Shown: one piece after another, positions 48,478 through 60,416 of the stretch | Numbering within the stretch: the first letter of the stretch is position 1 | Layout of the letters: the number at the start of each line of letters is the position of its first letter | Notes under the pieces: generated by a model | The model's input: only the letters and a program-made list of their open reading frames with translations | The model's database searches: none | Told to the model about the DNA's origin: nothing | Translations under genes and position numbers: made by a program | Source: Phyllobates terribilis | Taxonomy: Eukaryota | Direction: 5' to 3' | DNA: 64,000 bases | Assembly: GCF_046119375.1 (NCBI RefSeq) | Contig: NW_027362767.1 | Span: forward strand, 51,026,001 to 51,090,000

Positions 48478-48958
48478 GGTCCCGGCCTCATGGGACTCCC
48501 TCAGCCTGTAGCCCGGAGCCGGGGCCGCTCAGTCAGGTCTGGGGTCCCGGGGTGCCCCCATCATGCTGGGCCTCAGGATGCCACGGCCACTGCTGCTTGT
48601 TGTTGTGATGGGATCCGGCTTCCTCTGGGAGACTCAGCCGCCCTCCCCCTGCCCGCAGAGACTGCACGGAGCATGCGCGGAGGAGAGAAGGCGGGACGAC
48701 GCCAGCCAGGGAAGGGGCGTGGCGAGAGCAGTGGGGAAAGGGGCGTGGCGACGGAGGACGGAGAGCAGGCGGTGACTCAGTTACTGGGGCGCTGCACTGC
48801 AGAGGGACCTGGAGACCCCCATTAACGCCTTTAGGACCTGCAGACCTTCCTTCATTAACCCCTTCAGGACGAGTACAGTTTTCATATATTCTTTCCATTC
48901 ATCCAAGAATTTCCCCCATATAAGGACTTGCTTTCTGCCCTCAGAGCTGGAGTTTTTA

Positions 48959-49289
48959 GGCTATGTGCCCACGATGCAGAAATGAAGCAGAACATTTCCG
49001 CAGCATTTCTGCATGTTCTTGGCAGTAAAAACGCTTGCGGATTTTACACGCGTTTTTACATGCGGATTTGACTTGCGTTTTTCAGATGCATTGGGACCTC
49101 AAATCCGCATGCGGAAACGCACAAATAATGGACATGCTGCGGATTTTTCCACAAGGAAAATCAGCTGCGGAAAATTCCACAGCATGGGCACAGAACATGC
49201 AGATTTTCATTGGGGATCATGGGGCACGGATTACCAAGCGTTTACGCTGCGGAAATTCCGCATCAAAAACGCATAGTGGGCACACAGCC
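48959..49289. mobile_element. PIF/Harbinger-type MITE of the same family, just upstream of the SOS2 promoter
   Basis: TTA TSD; TIRs GGCTATGTGCCCAC / GTGGGCACACAGCC. Confidence 0.8.
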
Positions 49290-49654
49290 TTAATGCCACC
49301 ATCATAAGCTCCAGTCAACATTTTCATAACGCCACAAACAAAAAAAAAACAATTTTGGGGTTTCAATTATTTTTCCAGATTTCACGAGTTAAATCATTTA
49401 ATACTGTGATAGATGGGGCTCTTACAGACACGGCGATAAGTAACCTGCGCATCTTATTTCATTTCTTTATTTTTACCTACAGAAAAGAAACCGATTCAAA
49501 GTTTGTTGTTTAAAATATTTTTTAAAACTTTTGTTGTTACTTTGTTGTTGGAGAGGTGACGGGCGACCAAATAGACAGAGGTGCGTTGATTGACCGCGGC
49601 ATCTGAATGATTAAGCAGCAGCAATTATACATACACACACACACATATATACAC

Positions 49655-50312
49655 TGTAATGCAGCGGCATTACTGTAATGGTCCAGGGTGTGTTCTGGCT
49701 GACCATGTACCTCTCCCTCAGGTGACTGATCACATGACTGTGACATCAGCACAGGTCCTGTGCACACAGGACTGATCACATGACTGTGACATCAGCAAAG
49801 GTCCTGCATGCACTGAAAGATATATAAATCTTAGTGATTTTGAGACAGTGTGAAAGGCGTGAGGCCTGTTCCCTGGGTGTGGGACACTGTTAGCCTGGAG
49901 AGGCTTAGTGAGGCCTGGTGAATCCTGAAAGGCAGAGGCTGGATGTGTGCGTGCGTAAGAGATGCCAGTAGCCTTGGAAGGTATGAGAGCTGGAGACCCC
50001 CATCTGGGAAGCAGTAAAGCCACAGCTGTGGCAGAACAAATCTGATGGAAACCGCTAGACCCGACAAAAAGGTAAAAGCGGTGCGTTATATGGACATTGA
50101 TATAGTTACTTTGCTGAAGGCTGTAACCGGAGCCAAGTGGGCCTGTCTGCCACTTGAAAGGCTCTTGGATGTTATGTGTGTAAACATGCCGGTGAGCCAC
50201 TGAGACAGACTGTGTTATAAGCAGTTATGAAGTGTAATAAACGTTGCATGTGTGCATTAATTGACCCGGTGAAGCGAGTGTCCCCCAGCATGATGACTAG
50301 CGCTGCCTTACA
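49655..50312 (+). mobile_element. Solo LTR (Ty3/Gypsy-like)
   Basis: TGTAATGCAGCG...CGCTGCCTTACA imperfect terminal inverted repeat; 4-bp TSD ACAC; TATA-like element at ~49822; AATAAA at ~50235; internal ~37-bp duplication. Confidence 0.8.
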
Positions 50313-51782
50313 ACACACACGTCATAGAATGTGAAGGGGTTAATGAAGGGGATTGAGCCTAGAACCGCATTTTCTGCCCTTTTACAGGTTTTTCCGGTAG
50401 ATGGTGAAGAATAAACAGTAACGTGGGCACCAAGTCATTTTGAGAAAACATATTCCACCCTCCCTCCTTTGGAAGGATTTTAGGGATGATTTACACTCAT
50501 GACTGTAAAAGTCCAGGGTCAGTTTGAAGGATTTGTCCTTAGGAGAGGGTCATCAATATGAGATCGGTAGTGGTCCAGAACCGCCCCAACCCCATCACTT
50601 CAATAGGAGCTGAACTGCAGTACCTGAAAACAGCCGCTGAAAAGCCTATGGCGCTGCTGTTAGAGGCCTGTCTACACTTAGCACTTTTACTGCATTTTTT
50701 TTCCCCATTCTTTTTTTGGGAGGGAAGGGAGACAGAAAACCACAAGGTACAACAGTGGCAGAAAAATTTAATTTTTTACTAAATTTTTTTTCTCCATGGA
50801 GGATTTTATACAGTTTTGTACTTGTACATAGAAAAAATAAAAACTTTTCCGCGCACAATCCGCATCAGAAAACACTAAAACCACAAATAAAATGTCATAT
50901 TTTAAAAAGGCCTCACGATTGCGACTTTCCAAAGGATACTGCATTATGGCTACAGAATAAATCCTGAAGGTCAATTCACATAATGGGTTTTTGAGGCATT
51001 TTACGTATGAAAACCAGGGAGTAAATTCCACATCCCGGGGGGGGGGGGGGGGGAGTTGTGCTATCCGTTCATTAATTTTCTGTGGATGCGCCTGCTCCTG
51101 TGACATCACATAACCTTCCTTCCTTTAGATCATGAATGGGGAACCTCAGGCCCCCGGCAGTTTACGGCCCTTGATGACCTTTCTTATCCGGCCCCCGAGG
51201 TCCGTAGTGCTTGATGGCCACCGGCCCATTAATTTCTTCTTTCTCTGTGAGCCGTGCTCACTACTGAACACTGAGGCGCGTCCAATAAATGATTATGCCC
51301 TGACACCAGTGGCAGCGTCTGTGGGCAGAGTTAGTGCGTAATTTGCACGGCCCCGAAGGATGGAATAAATATCCAAAGGGTTATTTTCAAAAAGTGATAG
51401 GGGATAACTAGCTGATCGCCAGAACTCCCAGCGAGTACAAGTTTTTTTGCTATTTGAGAGGAAATAACCCTTTAAAAGCAAAACGCGTTGTGTGCATTGA
51501 CCCTAGAAAAGAGGCACATCATCAGATCAGAGGAGTGTGGTCGCTGCGTATCGGCGGACATCCCTCCCCACAAACCATCACATCTTCTGTATTTAGTTTC
51601 ATCCCCACCTACATGTACAGGTCTATTCACACTAAACACCACTCATCCTGCATCCGGATGGAAAATCGGGGAATTCCTGATGTTCTGCAGAAGCCGCAGG
51701 ATGTTCTGGTTCTTTCAGTGACTGTAGGAAGTTCCTTCATAGACATGAGATGTGATGAGCAGTCAGTGACACAGCAGCTCCG

Positions 51783-51978
51783 TCAGAGATTAAACCGTTC
51801 TTCCACTTCGGTGGCGATCATCTCTGCTATCGCCAGGGAGGAGGTAGCGGCCGGGGACGGGGCGTTCCTCACATGCAAAACGCGGCTGGCGATGGCTCCA
51901 GAACCTCCATCAAAAACAAAATCGTCTACTAGGTTCCCGTCACGATCCAGGGCCTGAGCTCGGACTCCAGAGGGACCC
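51783..51978 (-). CDS. L2HGDH: L2HGDH exon 10
   Basis: [23 protein letters not shown]...[27 protein letters not shown]. Confidence 0.96.
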
Positions 51979-54900
51979 CTAAATGAGAAAGGGTTATTCA
52001 GGACTATTTCATAGGCGCCATCAATATCAAACCAGCTGACTCCAGGGACAGCTCCATACTTTTAGTGGTGGCCGTGCCAGGTACTGCATCGTGCAGGTGC
52101 AGGTTTACAGCTTTTGAATTGTGTGTGATCCCCAGTAACATCTATGTAGTACAAGCAGTGCATGCTGAATTGTACCAAAGTTAACCTGCAGCATCGTGCA
52201 TCAGAAACCACTTCGCTCCTGCGATCTGCAGGGAGTCTACACCAGACTACAAGGTAATTGCAGCCTTCTGTGAAAACTTTAATTCTTTTTCTACACAAGT
52301 GGCATTAGAAAGGGTAGTGACATGTTCCCATACTAGAGGGAGCGTATACAGCTGCAATGGGACCCTTGGGGAGAGGGTCCTGATTAAGTCCTGCTGGTCA
52401 CCTGATAGTAAAATAGGTGGAATCAGAGGTATATTTAAAAAAAAAAAAAAATGAACAAAAAAAAACACCTTCAGTCCATGTTCCCACGATGAGCTTTTGA
52501 TGTTACAGACTTTCTGCACCCATTAAAATAATGTAGATTACTTGCATTTTTTCATAAATATGCAGAATAAAAAAACTCACCAAAAACGGAACATAGGCTA
52601 AGGCTATGTTCCTGGCGTGTTTGGAAAACTCTTCCTATTCATTCGCATGGGAAATCTACTTTGCAGTTCATAAATGAATATTTTTCTTTTTCCTGAAGAG
52701 GAAAGGAGGGGAGCCTGTTCGACTAGTCTCCTGTGCAGCTCGGTCCCCGGCGGCTTTTAAAGGTAATGTTTTTCTCTGAAACGCTGCAGTCTTTCGGAGT
52801 CAAACATACCTGGCTGAAATTAAACAGCCGTGGATCTGGGGCATGGATCAGCTGTCAGCTTCACTTTAAATCTTATTTAAAAGGATTCTGTGTCTTTTTT
52901 TAAAATTTACAATAAAAATGAGCCAACAAAACCAAAGAGCCGACAAAATATGCATCGCTGAACTTGTGCCAGTTCATCACATATCGTGTGTGTGCACAGT
53001 TTGATGAATTCGGTGTAAAGTCCATCAGCACAAAAAGGAGGACAAGGCAATAAAATAAAAGAAGAACTTTATAAAGTTAATTTCAGCGCAGGATCTCACC
53101 TGAGAATGTCGTTACTGGACAACTCGGGGATGAATTTCTGCAACTCCTTCAGCTGTGCTTGTAGAAACAACGCTCGATACATCTCCCCCATCCCATAAAC
53201 CAGATTCTTCAGGACCAATTTTCGAAGGCCGCTGCAATATAAAAGATAGAAGTAAGTGGTACACAGGGCGGAAAGAGCAAAGGATGCAAAACGCCCCTCG
53301 CTTGCCAGCAAGAACTGCAAACTAGCCTCCATGGTCAGCACCTTACAACCTACTCACGGCGGCGGAGGAGGAATGTGGAGGTCATCTAGAACAGCGCAAT
53401 AGGGCAGTGACACTTAAGGGGTTAACAGCTGCTGTTAGAGGCAGTTGACGGCTGTGTAAAACAGCCGTCATCTGCCATTTGTGGCTCGTGAGCCTGCTCC
53501 ATACACAGGCACCCGATGTGACTTACATTAACTCTTTCCCGAAGTTTGAAGTATAAGTAAATTGAGTCGAGTTGCAATACCACACTCAACCTGTGGACAG
53601 GTGTGGCACTGTTTTTACAAGAAAGAAGTCATGTTACTACACACCAGGAACTCCAAGAGAACCAGGAACCCCCAGATCAGAGAATTTTATAATGGGAGCT
53701 CCACCGCTACGGTGTGCAAATGATCGAAAATAATCAGAACTCTACCTGTACGTAACGGCTTCTCCGAAATCTCTGGCATTGAAGTCGCACAGTCGGTAGC
53801 CTTCTCTTTTAAAAGCTAACACGGCATTTGGGCCGAGCCAGACGTTCCCGTCCATGCGAGGAGTGAAGTGGACCCCAAGAAATGGGAAGCGCGGATCTGG
53901 AACCTGCAGCCCAATATGGAGAAAACCATAAATATCTCACTGGCATCTTCTACTACATGCTGACAGTCTTTGCAGCTTAAGATGTGATTGGAGGAGAAAA
54001 TATCATGCAAGACAAAAAAATAATAATTTTCAAAGGCGTTTGGCCATAATGTAACCTGTAAATGTGTGAAAGGTATAATTGATCAGCCAACAGGGGATGA
54101 AGATGAAGAGGTGATACCTACTGGGTAAATGTTCCCCTTAACCAGATAACACTTTTCTGGTTTCAGCACCAAATAATCTCCCCGGAAAGGAACGATGCGA
54201 GGTTCTGCGCTACATCCGCTAATCTGGGATAAACGGTCCGAGAAAAGCCCGGCACAGGTCAGCGCATACTTACAATAAACCTCTTCTCCCTGCAAGGAAC
54301 AGACAGAATTACGGAGACACAAGAAGTTTTCCTTTACTAGACTTCAGCATCATGGGATTTTTTTTTTTTTATAACGCTCCCCCCCTCTCATATAAGAATC
54401 ACTATTTTGATTCCTTTGTCGTTGTTTTTTTGCACAATTTTGAAAAATTGCTCCAAAATAGCTGAAATTTTTTACACCAAAAGGATGTAGCACTGCGGCA
54501 ATTTCAGAATAGCACAAAATGTGAATTGCAGAAACGCGGCCTTAGACTAAGCGGCATATTTGGTGGGGATTTTTCTGCAGCAAAATTTGTGTCCATTACA
54601 TGCAGATTTTTTGGGAATTTTGCTGAAGATTTCTATTGCAAAGGGTGAAATCCGAGCTGAATCCGTACAAAGACCTGATGTGCAGAAAATATCCGCAATG
54701 TCTAGATGAGGTTTGTTGGAATCTCGTGTACTTAGCTGCAGCTATATTACGCTGCAGATTTTCTGCATGCCAATACGCACCAAATATGCTACGTGTGAAC
54801 TTAGCCTTAGCACTACCTCGTATTCTAAGTCATCAATTTGCAGGAGGAGGAGACCCTTAGGACCCCTCTATTGGGAACAATTATGGCAGACACCGTGCGA

Positions 54901-57900
54901 CTATTCATTTGTTAACTGCTGCAGAAGAAACACGTGTGGCTGCATTCAGTCCAGCAATCAAATTACTTCTGGCACTTGTAGGGACGATTGCTTGGGTCCC
55001 ACATAGTGATCTCTATGCAGCCCACAGTGTATTGAAGAATATTGACAACTTTGTGGACATATATTATATATATTTAAAATCATATTTAAGTAATCATTTT
55101 GCACCACTTGTATTTTGCAGGCTTTTGGTTTCCCTGCACACTACTGGTTGAAGAAGGAGTTGTCCGGTAATCCATCAGTGAGCTCATTATGACAGTGAGT
55201 TTGTAACTCATATAGGTCTTTCTGAACTCCTTTGTACTGATTTATCACCTCAACTTCTGCTGACCGTTGATGTAGTCAAAATTCAGCTGAGAGAAGCTTA
55301 GAAGAAAAAAAAACAAAAGCGTTACAAAATAAGCTCACTGACAGATTCTCAGACAACTCATTCTGCATCCAGAAATATGCAGGAAGACAAAGAACCTGTA
55401 AAATAAAAACTGGTGCAAAATTTTTAATGAAACCCGATTGCAAAAATTGTCGGTATCCTTTAACAACGAGCAAACAGATTGTCTAAAATATTTTGACAGC
55501 ACACGATTCCAGGTGCGGCCATGAGAGACGTCAGAGGTACGTTACCTTTGTGTTCCTGATCACGACTGGATATTCCAGACCTGGAGAGAAGCAGAAGATC
55601 AGTGTCACGCATGTGGATAATGAGATTTTATTATTTACGCCTGGGAAATGTAGCCTTACACGGCTGTGTCCCTAGGACTATGGGATATGTTCGGCCCATG
55701 GCTAGCCTCAGGTGCCGCGCTCGGAGGATCACCTTACTTGAGAGCCGATGGCGGCACATATCGATGAGCTGCAAGTTCTGACCAGACCGCAGATCTCAAG
55801 ACCCAAAGTACTGTTGGGCTGAAACTTGTGGCCGAAATGCGGAGGAGAAAATACACCCGCTATACAGTGATGTGTCCTGGAGCAGGACGCTGGGCGGCTC
55901 AGTGGTCACTCACCTCGCTCCGACCCTGCCGAGCTCTCATCCATCATCCTTACATCAGACACTTCATATCCCGTGAGGATGCTTCCTCCGGCATCGCGGA
56001 AATCATCGCTGTACGACTGAGCTACCTGCCGGTAATCTACGATTCCTGTGCATGGAGAGTCCAGCGCCATTACACCCTGCAATGTAAAGAGTGAGGCACA
56101 CTTACTGCGGACAAGCTAAAAGCTGTCAATCACTCCTTGTGGGAGGGGAAAGCAAGGCTCCAAGGCAGATTTTATTAGAAATTAAGCAGATTTGTCACCA
56201 GATTCATACATTATTAAATAGATCTTAGACCTAATAAGGCCGGTGTACTTACCTGGCTGTATAATCCGGATTTTAAAATTATTTTTTTTTTTAAAAAAAA
56301 AAAAACAAGCTCTAGCAGCGCTGATACAATGGTCATCTATATAACGGTATTATGCAGCCATTCTGACACAGATTTTCAAAGTAAGCACACCAAACTCATC
56401 AAGTCTACAAAAACTATTTTAAAATGTACGCAGTTTACATTGTGAAATCTGGTGGCAGATCCAATTTAACATAAAGCAAGGAAAATAATAAATCCCTCAG
56501 CTTGGCGTCTCGTCCTCTAACCTATACTTCCTTCAGACCAGCCCCATAACGAAGATCATTAAAGACGAGTCATCTGCTCTCCTGACTTGTATGTTATTAC
56601 AAACACTTGTATTTTCCATGGACAATTCTAAAGCATTTTTTATTACAAATCTACATTGTACCTCTGTTATTCCTCCTGGAAATCTATGAATAAATAGTCC
56701 TCTGGCCATTACTATTCCCCTTGTTAGCAGGTTTTCCCCTATAGAGTCTGACATTATCAGCACTTACGAATAAGTATCAATGGATGTAGTATAAGTAACA
56801 ACCAGCTAGAATATTATTCAAACAGTTCCAGGAGGAACAATTATTTTTATTATTATATCGCCATCTATTCCATGACGCTTTACAATGCATAGTTCTTATA
56901 AAATATGTTCTGATTTGTTATTTCATTGGTATTACAAGTACTTAGGTGAGCGGAAAAGTTCTTTTTTAAAGGTTTTAGGGTCTGAGTTGGAGGTTACATA
57001 TAAGGGGGGGCACAGGAAGAAAAGTGCAGCAAGCAGTCAAAATGACGTATCCCAGAATGGAACCCGAATAGGCTCCATTATAAGTCAACGGGATCCAGTG
57101 GGTGCTGCTGGTGACCATTGAGTGAAGGATCTGCCACTGCGTCGTGGTTTCCCCATCCAGATACAAGGAGCATTAGTGATCCCACCTCACACCTTGCAGT
57201 AGGGCTCTTTCTCCCGGATTCCTTTAGCATCGATGATTCGGAGCCCCGGCACATTGTTCTGCAGCCCTCTCTCGTACAAAGCCTGTAATCTGGGGATCTC
57301 CTGGTGCCGTACGGCTACTATGAGCTGCAAAGATCACAATTCCCTGTCACTACAGACACCAGGATACTGCATAGGTCAGCGACGCTACGCCTCCACCACG
57401 TACCTTGCCGCACTGCTTGTATGGGATTCTTTTAAGGTCACAGTATCCGTAGAGAAGGGAAGCCCCCTGCACACACAGCCTGGCCTTCAGAGATCCTGGA
57501 GTGTAATATATTCCACTGTGAATCACACCGCTATTATGGCCACTCTGATGGAAAGCTGGAAGATAATGGACACAATCTTATTAGTCTTTTTTTATATAGC
57601 ACCAACATGTTCCACAGCGCTGTACAGACATTGTGAGCCCCAATGGGGACAGCGATCAGAATGTAATTTTGCTGTGTGTCTTTGTAGTGTAGGAATAAAC
57701 CTACAGAGACACGGAGAGAACATACAAACTCCTTGCAGATGTCGCCCTTGGTGGGATTTGAACCCAGGACCCCAGTGCTGCAAAGTAACAGTGCTGTCCA
57801 ATCTTACAAGGACAGTTTGGATCTAAAGCCGCCCAAACTCATTATTAACCATTACTGAACTCACCAATCTCGTTCTCTTTTTCCAAAATGGCAAATCGGA

Positions 57901-58711
57901 GATTTGGATGGCTCAGGATGAGCTGCCGAGCAGATGCAAGTCCTACGATTCCAGCCCCGACAATGACGACATCGTAGGTGCTGAAAGAAAGAATGAAATA
58001 GAAGTAGAGACATCTTAATAATGCTACCCAAGGTGTAAGGCGTCCAGGAAGCTGAGATATAGGGAGATGTTTGCAGGATCCCTTTTGAGACTCCTGATAT
58101 CTCAGCTTCCTGAACCTGCTGAGGTTTCCTATTGATCTGACTGATTTATTACAGTTGTTTCATTATAGAAAATGACCCCAGAATTCTCCATTTTCCGGTC
58201 TGAGATCCTTCTATCTATATAAGTGGTGTAGTCACAGTCTGACCCCAGGGTGAATTCCTTAGAAGGGTCAGGCAGTGTCATTCACATGCAGAAAAATTTG
58301 CTTTGAAGCTATAAGTCAAATTTCTGCTGCAAAACATGTAAGGAGCAGATAACGTGGCGATTTCTGCCAACAATACACATTGCATTTCAGAAGATTTTTT
58401 TTTTTCTTTAAGGTCAATGAAATATTTGACTGCTGTTATAAGGATAAAAAAAAAAATCTGTAAAAATTTGCTCTAAAAAATTGGAAATGTACATTCCTGG
58501 AAATTCACATCCTACTCGCATTTCTAATCCACCTAAGAAGGTAAAGAGTAATTTGTTTTTTCGTAAGTCAGTAACTACTTTTATACAGTCGCTGCCAAGT
58601 CAGGGTCAAAATCCAGGATTTCTTCTTTATGTCAAAGGTCGACTAGAGAAATGGAGCAGAGTAAAGTGAGACTGTTTGTAGTTATTAGGCTTTCTTCCAG
58701 TAAAAAGTCTG

Positions 58712-58743
<32 letters not shown>

Positions 58744-60073
58744 CAACATGGGGGAAAAAAAAAGGTTAAAAGAAAAATAAATAAAAAAAGCACTAAAAAT
58801 CAAAAGCAGGGACAAAATAAACAGAAAAATTCAGGATTGGTGGGATTACTAGAGCTCGGACCTCCGGCAACATCCATCACTTAAACACTGGAATATCCCT
58901 CAGCAGCAGAAGCCATACATTTATACATTGGATGTGCGCACTGCTCCTCTGCCATGGTACTACACCAAAGGAGATTGGCTAGCTACAATATACTGCAATA
59001 CTATGGAAAAGGCGATCAAGTGATCACAGGTTCTAGTTCCCTAAGGGAAATAAAAAAATAAAATTAAATTTACATACATACAGAAAAGATTAAATCACTA
59101 CCCTTTTACCCAAATGTACATGACAAAGTAAAAAAATAAATTAATCTATTAATGTCTAAATAAATAAAATATATGGAGGTAATTGAAATGATTATGAATA
59201 AAAAAAATGGAAGAATTGCTTTTTATTAGTTCGCATTCTAAAAAGAAATTGAATATAAAAAAGGATCAGAAAGTCATATGGAGCCAAAACAGTACAAAAA
59301 ATCCCCCCAAAACAACTACAGCTTGTATCCCAAAAAAGGAGACCTGCATCGACCAAAAAATTAAAGTTTTCTTTTCTATTTCTTGTAAATAATCAAAAAT
59401 AAGACGCTATAAACATGGAATCACCAGAACCGGACGGATCCGTAGCACAAAGCTTCTGGGTCATATTTACAGCAAAGTGAACGGCGCATAAGCAAAACCC
59501 CGGGCACAATGGTGAACAGACGCCCGCCTTGAATTTTTGTTATTTTTTTTTCCTTTTCTAGTAAAGTATCTGGTAAAGTGAGAGGTGTAGATCAAAACTA
59601 CAACTTGTCCCGAAATAAACAAGCGGCGCACGGCTGTGGGGGATGGGGAAAAAGGGGAAGAAAAACGCGATGCGCAGAACTAAAATAATAAAAAAAAAAA
59701 AAAAAAAAAAAAAGTGGTTTTCTCCGGAAGGAAATCCCAGGACAGTCTATAACATTTTTTCCCACTGTCCATAAAAAAATAAAATAAATGCGCCAATTAT
59801 TTTTATTTTTACGCCGCGGCGACAAAATCCAAAATCCGCCCCCAGCTGGATTCCCCATTTGACTGCACATAGTCCTGACTGCTCTGCCCATCTACCATCC
59901 GGTCTAGCCATGCTGGGAGTTGTAGTACTGCAACTGCTGACAAGACAGGCACATACAATTATACTGATAAGACAGAAGCAGCGGTACCTGTGACAGCGGC
60001 CCCCATGTCCGTACAGTCTGGAGCCCCCCAGCTGTAGGGCCCCGGCTGCCCTCGCACAGCACCGCACGGCCAT
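51783..60073 (-). CDS. L2HGDH: L-2-hydroxyglutarate dehydrogenase, mitochondrial; join 60073-59988, 57980-57865, 57555-57404, 57324-57193, 56076-55914, 55580-55546, 54289-54122, 53903-53746, 53231-53100, 51978-51783
   Basis: FAD-binding [46 protein letters not shown] motifs; 10 phase-consistent exons; exact start codon uncertain. Confidence 0.96.
53100..53231 (-). CDS. L2HGDH: L2HGDH exon 9
   Basis: [44 protein letters not shown]. Confidence 0.96.
53746..53903 (-). CDS. L2HGDH: L2HGDH exon 8
   Basis: [36 protein letters not shown]... Confidence 0.96.
54122..54289 (-). CDS. L2HGDH: L2HGDH exon 7
   Basis: [56 protein letters not shown]. Confidence 0.96.
55546..55580 (-). CDS. L2HGDH: L2HGDH exon 6 (35 nt)
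   Basis: [12 protein letters not shown]. Confidence 0.93.
55914..56076 (-). CDS. L2HGDH: L2HGDH exon 5
   Basis: [39 protein letters not shown]... Confidence 0.96.
57193..57324 (-). CDS. L2HGDH: L2HGDH exon 4
   Basis: [44 protein letters not shown]. Confidence 0.96.
57404..57555 (-). CDS. L2HGDH: L2HGDH exon 3
   Basis: [51 protein letters not shown]. Confidence 0.96.
57586..57797 (-). mobile_element. V-SINE in L2HGDH intron 2
   Basis: B box GGGTTCAAATCCC, core and tail match the other copies. Confidence 0.82.
57865..57980 (-). CDS. L2HGDH: L2HGDH exon 2
   Basis: [38 protein letters not shown]. Confidence 0.96.
59988..60073 (-). CDS. L2HGDH: L2HGDH exon 1 (mitochondrial presequence)
   Basis: [28 protein letters not shown](S); Arg-rich with no acidic residues; phase 2 matches exon 2. 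Confidence 0.75.
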
Positions 60074-60129
60074 TCCCCCTCTGTATACACCAGAGCCAGC
60101 CAGTGCTGATCCCTGGGAGAACCGGAGCT

Positions 60130-60300
60130 GCCATTATCCAATCACAACACAGCTTTTCTCTAACCACGCCCACCATAACTTGCCAGCCAATAGGATATGC
60201 GGTTTCTTAACCAATCACAGGACAATAGAGATAAGCACGGTCCTACCAATAGGGATAGGACTTTGAAGGTTTGCTGGCCAATAGGATGTAACCAGGAAGC
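60130..60300. promoter_or_regulatory. Bidirectional L2HGDH/DMAC2L promoter with five CCAAT boxes
   Basis: CCAAT at 60138, 60187, 60211, 60246, 60278, all in one orientation; ETS-like CAGGAAG at ~60293. Confidence 0.7.
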
Positions 60301-60416
60301 AGAGCTCAACTAGAGAGAGCGCTGGTATAGAGGTTAGAGGGCAGTAGGCGTGGCGCTCCGCCGAGTGCGTGACAGATGCTGCTGGAGGTGAAGTTGTCAT
60401 TGTCACGTTACTAAAG
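60300..60416 (+). other. DMAC2L: Putative DMAC2L exon 1 (5' UTR with short uORF)
   Basis: Downstream of the CCAAT cluster; candidate donor AAG|GTTGGT at 60417; boundaries inferred. Confidence 0.5.
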
